Of a DNA stretch of 64,000 nt, positions 57,147-64,000 are shown in pieces. Made by a program: the position numbers and the translations under genes. The number at the start of each line of letters is the position of its first letter. Position 1 is the first letter of the stretch. Where the stretch lies: NCBI GenBank assembly GCA_046563655.1, contig CM102283.1:5394001-5458000 (forward strand), in the 5' to 3' direction. Source of the stretch: Yuukianura sp. NJ FZ-2021 (Eukaryota). Under the pieces are notes generated by a model that was not told where the DNA came from, did not search any database, and saw only the letters and a list, made by a program, of their open reading frames with translations.

Positions 57147-59358
57147 ATGGGCGTGTGCATGGGGAAAGGTAAACAAAACGAAGTTCCAAAAATTATTTTA
57201 CACCGTTTGATTTCATAAAACTTTTGAATTTCCTGTACCTAATATAAAAGTTTTCAGTATTTTTACACTAATTTGTACTCTTTCGTTGCAATGAAAATTT
57301 TTAAGATCCTGGGGTTGGTGAATTGGAGTCCGACGGTCGCTTCACATCACAATTCCAAAATCAAAATCACAATAATAGCAATCCACCATTGGCTGGGTCT
57401 GGGAATTCTACTGCAACGGTTAGATTTAGTGAACCACGCGTCCCGGTTATATTCGTTCTGGGTGGACCAGGATCCGGAAAAATTACGCACTGTGATCGAG
57501 CCGTACAGGAACGACATGGGCTGGCCCACGTCAACATGACGGACCTCATCCAGCAACACATCGTCGGCAATGGTCAGTTTCATTTTACAGTTATGGTTTT
57601 GTAGCATTTCTTTGAACGATTTGTCGATGTGTTAGTCAGTACCCCGGGCATTCCACTCTCACGGTGAATGACGCTGTTTTCATTCCCAATAAACAAAAAA
57701 CATCTCAAAATGTTTGTCGCAAAATTTCGAAAAATGTTTTTTGAAATGTCGAATTCTTGTTTGTTTTCGTTATAGCAGGATTGGACGATTTCAGCCAAAT
57801 GCCTGCCAACAACCTCGTTCAAGTATTGATGATGGAGATGAAAATGGCTGTTAATGCCAGTGGGTACCTGATCAGTGGATACCCACGATCCATGAGAGAT
57901 GTGGTTGAATACACAGAGAAGGTGTGTAGTTGTATGTTTTCTTTTCTTTTTTAAAGTTTTACTAAAATTTCAAATTTTTGCAGTTAAGGCGTGTAGATAA
58001 AGTGATTCTACTGAATTGGCACGTCAAAATCCTAGAAAAGCAAATTGAATTTGGGGCTCAACTTGGAGACACCGTGCTTCAACTAGCAAGAATGGAATTG
58101 AAAAATTATTCTAAAAACGTCCTAGCTGTGGCGGACTACTTTGATCAATTGAAAAAGCTTATTGTGGTGCGTTGCAAATATTCAGAAATGCGATAAAACC
58201 TAAAATCATCAATTTTTCAACCCTGAGTGATGAGTTTTTATTAGGACCTAAGTTAATTGTTATGATTTCTAAAGACCTTTTAGCTAATTGTTATGATTTC
58301 TAAAGACCCTTTAGCTAATTGTTATGATTTCTAGGTTGACGGAGAGAGGCAACCGACGGAGGTGTACGCCGATTTTCTGGCAGCTATTGACGGCGTCCTA
58401 GCGGCCAAAGTTCCCAAGAGTTTACAAAATGGAGCTATACACAACAACAGTTCAAAGATGAGAAGTAATTTAGTTGTCAAACAAACCAAATACCCTATGC
58501 AAGGCACACTCTCAGAGTTCAAGAAGCATGTCATCTGGGTCATAGGTATGACTAATCTATTTGAATAGTAACGATTAGAATATTGGCTAATTTTTGCTAA
58601 CTAGGTGGACCCGGATCGAACAAGTCTTTGCTGGCGTCCAATCCTAAACACCCCTGGGTCCATGTGAACGTTGGTTCACTGTTGCGTGACATTTCACACA
58701 ACAAAACGATTTCACCCGCCCAACAATCTGAGGTTGAGACGTCGTTGAAGAAGGGAGAATTGATAGCAAATGAAACTGTTATGCGCCTGCTCAATAATGT
58801 CATGGCCAGGCACTCGCACATGGTCGTTGACGGGTTTCCTAGAAACGTCGACCAAATCAAATTGTTCGAGCAGCAGGTTGGCTGTTTTTGAAATATAAAT
58901 GTTTGAATTTATAAATCTTATATAATGTTAATCTTGAAATATCTTTACAGACGGGTCTCAAGCCTCCGTGTATCCTGGTAGATTGCTCAGAGGTAGAACT
59001 AGGGCGGAGCTTGGGGCAGCGCGGTTCGGACAGAGGAGACAATGACGCAGGCGCCATCAAAAACCGGTTGACGACTTACAGACTAACAACATTGCCCACA
59101 CTAAAGATACTGGACGATCAACAAAGGCTACACATTGTAAGCATTTTTTTTAAATCAACTAGCACTTAGTGATACGTGAAGGTCAAATTCTTGTGGTAGG
59201 TTGACGGCGACGCAGATCCTTCGACGGTAGTGGCAGAATTCACACAAACCTTGACTGAAGTGATGCTTGCTTTGGAAAATGGCGGAAATTCAGTAACAGC
59301 GAGGAAACCAAGTACGGATACCATTCGAGCAATGTATCAAGAAGTGGAGGACGAGTAG
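57147..59358 (+). CDS. Two-domain adenylate kinase (AK5-like), ~8 exons
   Basis: MGVCMGK start. Domain 1 [19 protein letters not shown]; domain 2 VIGGPGSNKS..VDGFPR..DRGDND. GT-AG introns maintain frame to TAG 59358. Confidence 0.85.
58245..58334. repeat. Intronic tandem repeat, 31-bp unit x ~3, including the 3' splice site
   Basis: TAATTGTTATGATTTCTA at 58254, 58285 and 58316. Confidence 0.9.
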
Positions 59359-59948
59359 TTAGTGACTTTGATTAATCCGTAATTGTTCGTTTTTCAACAG
59401 TTCAGGTTAGCTAGCCTAACCTAACTAAATTAATTTTTAAGAACTTACGCACAGAGTATGACTGTCCGTCCAGCATAATTAATTTGTACGACCTAAACTT
59501 ACTTGTATACCAGATTGTGAGATTGTTTAACTATATGTAGACCTACCCATAAACTTTATTTTATTTACACCCTCTGCAAACTGAAGTGCTTCTTAAAATT
59601 TTTTGAGCTATTAAAAACGTCCCGTACAAAATTATAAAATGACTACCTTAATTAACAGCATAGTTAATTTTAATTATGGAAAGGCATCTCTTTTGGCAAA
59701 TCTCCCACTGCCTTACGCAATAATCGGACGTATCTGCCATATCCGCCGAAGAGTCACACCCCTGAACCTTATCTTGGTAAACAGATTTACACTTGAGTAA
59801 ATTTAACTTTTTCCTAATTCATTCCGAACAATTCGCCGAATTATACAGTAGAAAGTACGCTACAAATTGCTAAGGTGCAGTAATTTGGGGACACGCAGAT
59901 ACGTTTGAGTAGCCATTTCTGGAAATTGTCATGGGGGTTGAATATCAC

Positions 59949-62900
59949 ATGGAGAGTGAGGTCAAGAACTTGATTATAAGAGCTTGGAGAGAAAGATGGA
60001 GTGATAGTAAATGGGGCATCAATATACGAACGGTAATTGGTTATTCAGATTTCAGATAGCAAATATTGCAACGATTCCCCGGAATCGGATAAATGTTAAC
60101 TTGATTTTCCTATTTTAAACAACAGGTATTACAATACAACGATGAAGCAGATGTCTCATTCCTCGCCGACGCAATTTTACAGCAAGCTTTGAACGGGCCT
60201 GGACCGAACAACTTAGTTCTGTCATATTTGAAGCATTCCGTGTTTTCACACGTGAGATAATTAATTCATTGCAAAAGAAAGTTACCTAATGAAAGTTTGA
60301 GCGAAGATTTCTGTCAATTGCAGGTTATATCGACGACTGCTGTTCTACAGAGCATTAGCCAGTATCATAACTTCTACAAGCCATTTTGTTTAGCAAGTTT
60401 ATTGGATTTTTTGGACGAAATCAAGGTAAACGGACTTTAAACATACAGGAAAGAGTCTTCACCTTGAATTGCAAACAGTTTAAGAACTTTTTTTTCAGAG
60501 TCGAGCGGTTAGAATCGAAGAGAGTGAAGAGTGTCTCGAGCTTTGCCTATCACTCCAAGCAGTAATTTATTGGCTCCTAAGCGTCATGTACTCTTCCCTT
60601 GAAAAGATTTCTGACATGGCTGACTTCTCAGAACTAACTGTAGAAGTGGAAGACTCCAAAATTGTCACCAAATGTCGTAAATTATTGGAATATTTTCTGA
60701 CGGATTCCTTCCTTAAAGCCCTTTTATACATCGCCTCAATGGAAGCACCGAGTAAGCCATCACACAATTATACTCTAAGGTACATTTGATTGTTTTCTAT
60801 TTGCTCACATTTTGATATGATTGCCAGAGGTTCATGAGAACATACAGAAGATGTGTCGGGAAAATCTCAAATTCGCGGAAGGATTTCATGGAGCTGATAT
60901 TTCTGCAGTTATTTCGTAAGCCTAACAATATTTTTCTCAACTAGTCAATTAGTTGAACATTCAATAAAGTCAAGAATGATTCATGCATGCCAAGCTTTGG
61001 CAACTTTCTTTTCTTGCAGTTTTGTGGAGGGGATGCGAGACGTTCGAGAGATTTCAACTGCCGAACCTGCAGTTGGAGGTGGAGAACCTTTTGATGCGAA
61101 ATTAACTGGTGTTAATGGAGCTATTCAAACCACGGTCATGATTGCAGCGATGCTGAGAACTACAAATGAGGTTTCACTTGTGGCTGATGATTTGCTTGTT
61201 ATACAACAGCTCAAGGTTAACATAAAAGTAATAGTTCTCAAGATCATTTTTAACATTGATATATTTTAAACATCAGGACATGGATGGAGTCGAACTCTAC
61301 TGCGACGTAATTCACTCGGGAATGATCGGATTGGCAGACGCCATAGGGAAAGAATCCGAACTCAAGTTCATTGGTTTCACGTTCCTGCAACTCCCAGCTC
61401 TCCTTCGTGTAATCCATGACAAGATGCGCAATGCCGGATCCAACGGTGCAGATGACATGCGCAAAGCACTGGAGACGTTCATCTTGAACGAATCCACGCT
61501 AGACATTATCGATTCCAAACTGCACTGCTCCTCTTGGGATCTCTTTCTTACCAGTTTACATAAAAATGGTCTGCTGACTGAAGAACAGAAGGATGCCTTT
61601 CAACTAAAGTGAGTTAAAATACAATTTTATTGGAACTTAATCCTAACATGAATAGCATAAATAACATAATATCAAGCCTATTTCGCAATCTCAAGAGGCT
61701 TTATAATTTCAGGCGGAATCCATCCACGTTTGCACAGAAGAAAAATTCTTCTAATGCTGTAATCATGCTCAAAGCGGAAATGACTGTGCTGAACGTACTA
61801 AAAATTCTGGATGGAGACTACTTGACTCAACAGGTACGTTCAAGGAGTAGTTTCAAGACGTTACCGTTGTTCATGTATGATAGTCTGATTAGTTAATTAA
61901 TCAATGCTTTTTTTTAATTGAACTCATAGGAGAAGATATTTACCCTGATTTCGAGCATGTTGGGAGAAACGTTTGAGACGTTTCTTATAGCAGCTTCCAG
62001 TACAGGTTTGCTCCACCAAGTCACGGCGAGGCTCATCAAACTTAATCAACTGAGCAAGCAAGTTACTGGTGAATCGAGTAAGGCGTCCACCACCAGAGCA
62101 GTTATTTTCGACTCGTCTTTTCTGGCACTCTGCCACATCATGCAAAACTACGGCCCTCAGGTTAATAGTTTTAACTTTAAGTTTAAAATTCTTGGTTAAA
62201 ATGAAACTAAATGGTGCCTATTTTAGTATCTGCCAGAGGACAATGGAGAGTGTTTCTTTGAGGACTGGTATCGTGACTGCATGGCCGTAGAGAGTGATCC
62301 GAAAAGCCCGGATGCAATTGTAGGCAAATGTGACCAAAAGAAAGTCGACCTACTGCTGAATCAGTATTTAAATCAAACAGACAACGATCTCAAAACTAGG
62401 TAAAGCGTATATTGATCTTGTGACTGGGTACATATTCACTTGTTTCGCTTGCATACTAAAGTACTTTAAGTATACGAAGTAATACTTATTCGGTTTTAGC
62501 CTGGTCCTTTGGCACGAACTTTGTTTCAATTCAGTCGGGGTTGTGGCTGATTTACTTCTTGCTTGGAGTAAAGATACCATCAGCGTCACAGACGTCAAAA
62601 AAGTTCTGGATGTATTCCGGTCCAAAATATGCGCACTGCCAGTTTGTATTGCCGCATGGTTGTGTTCATTTATTCAGGTGAGGTTTCGTTTATACTTGAA
62701 AAATATTGTTAAAATTATAAAGTTTTATGTTAGTTAACTTGCATCTGTAAGTTTTGTGTACGTTCTGTGTATTGCAGATCATGCCCGAAGAAGAATGTGG
62801 AAAAGCAAGGTATATGCTGGATCACTTAAGTAGCCCTTTGCTAGGCAACCCATCTTCAGAAGAAGGCCAAGACAATTTCAAAGACAGGTTAAAGTTTGCA

Positions 62901-64000
62901 TCGAAAAAAAAACGTACGTGTAACCCAGCGATCAAAGTCTTACTCGATTCTTTTTGTTTCAGCAGAAGGCGCCTGATGGTAAAGATAATTAATAACATGA
63001 ATCAGTCCACCATTCACTCTCTCAGCACTGGAAGCCACTCCAACGTTTGTCTGAGCCCGATTTCAGACTCGAAGCAGAGTCGGACACTGTTTGAAAATTG
63101 CTGGGCCAAGCGACCAAACAGGGGCATAATGGATGTCCAAACCACCATTCTCATGAAGAATCTTCTCCAGATTTCTGGACCGAGTCATTTCGTTTCTACC
63201 ATACTGCAGGTAGCACTTGCAGGAAATTGTGTTAAAAAATGTTGTTGTTTTTTATTGTTGTAACTTAAACTGTCTTGTTGAATTTATCAGAGAATATTTG
63301 ACATTCAACATAAAGCCGAATTGGTGCAGTGGAGAGAGCTGGCCTACGGAATTCTGCACATGGACTTCCAGCGATGCATTCCAGAGTTTCTGAAACAAAT
63401 GCTTCCCTGTATTCTACAATTAACGAAGAGGTATTAACAAAAAATTCAAGAAGAGGTTAAATATGACTAAGAGGTTGAGTCATTTGTACTTTTCCATTTC
63501 CAGTGAAACGAGTTGCGTGGAGCCCCAAGGGATAGCGATTGTACTACTTGGAGTAGAGCTGACGTTGTCGTACTACTTGCACGCAAGACAGGAAACTTCT
63601 GAAAGTGCAGAACCCCAAGCCAAGCGTCGAAGAGGCAATAGAGAAAAGACTACTAAAATGTTGGAAATCAACCTGGACGGAATTCTCAAGAGGATTTTTC
63701 GGGACTTTAATGATTTTCTGTCCGGAACAAATGAGCTCAGTCCACACGCACTACTCATCTTTAGATTCCTCAAGGAAATTGCTATGAAAGCTCCAGATCC
63801 TTCGATTCATCACGCACTTTCACATGAAACAGTAAGATTCATCGATCCAAAACTGGAGAAAAACATAGAACCTCCCTTTTTGTGTGTGTGTGTGTTTTTT
63901 TTTAAATTCCGGATATTTCGTGTTTTTGCCTAGGTCAACTCTCTCATTTCTATTCTGGGCAACCAGATGACCCCCAGCCTTCTACTGGCTCTGCACTCAA
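59949..64000 (+). CDS. MED24: Mediator complex subunit 24, multi-exon, runs off the window
   Basis: MESEVKNLIIRAWRERWSDSKWGINIR, LADAILQQAL.GPGPNNLVLSYLKH, FTFLQLP, LKAEMTV, RAVIFDSSFLALCHIMQNYG, VCIAAWLCS match MED24 conserved blocks. Confidence 0.88.

Noticed and set aside
58245-58334. Direct repeats that might resemble a CRISPR array
   Set aside because: Contiguous 31-bp tandem duplication in a eukaryotic intron with no unique spacers and no cas genes.

Overview
This is gene-dense, AT-rich animal genomic DNA with short spliceosomal introns, not prokaryotic sequence. It is most likely an arthropod; a springtail (Collembola)-like hexapod is my inference from gene content and intron size. 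Intact genes, in order: alpha-carbonic anhydrase (5' end outside the window), two small secreted Cys-rich proteins, UBE2W-type E2, UMP-CMP kinase, RR-1 cuticle protein, gustatory-receptor-like 7TM, sigma-class GST, DUF2236/MpaB-like oxygenase, a ~14 kb CLK/Doa LAMMER kinase with alternative 5' exons, two tandem MGNGQS F-box-like genes, BiP/GRP78, SCaMC mitochondrial carrier, a G2E3/PHF7 (pineapple-eye)-like PHD/RING gene, a two-domain AK5-like adenylate kinase and MED24 (3' end outside the window). Seven non-autonomous DNA transposons (Tc1/mariner, pogo-like and hAT MITEs, one nested) have readable TIRs and TSDs. The most unusual structure lies at 33-50 kb. (i) A COQ7 pseudogene is split mid-exon by a ~4.2 kb insert carrying the F-box-like tandem array. 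(ii) A tandem segmental duplication of [BiP + SCaMC] shows reciprocal gene loss. (iii) Near-perfect 20-22 bp snap-back hairpins sit exactly at the breakpoints of both pseudogenes. I found no CRISPR, rRNA or tRNA, and no evidence for a wholly new molecular system. Exon boundaries were read by eye and family calls come from recalled motifs, not database searches.
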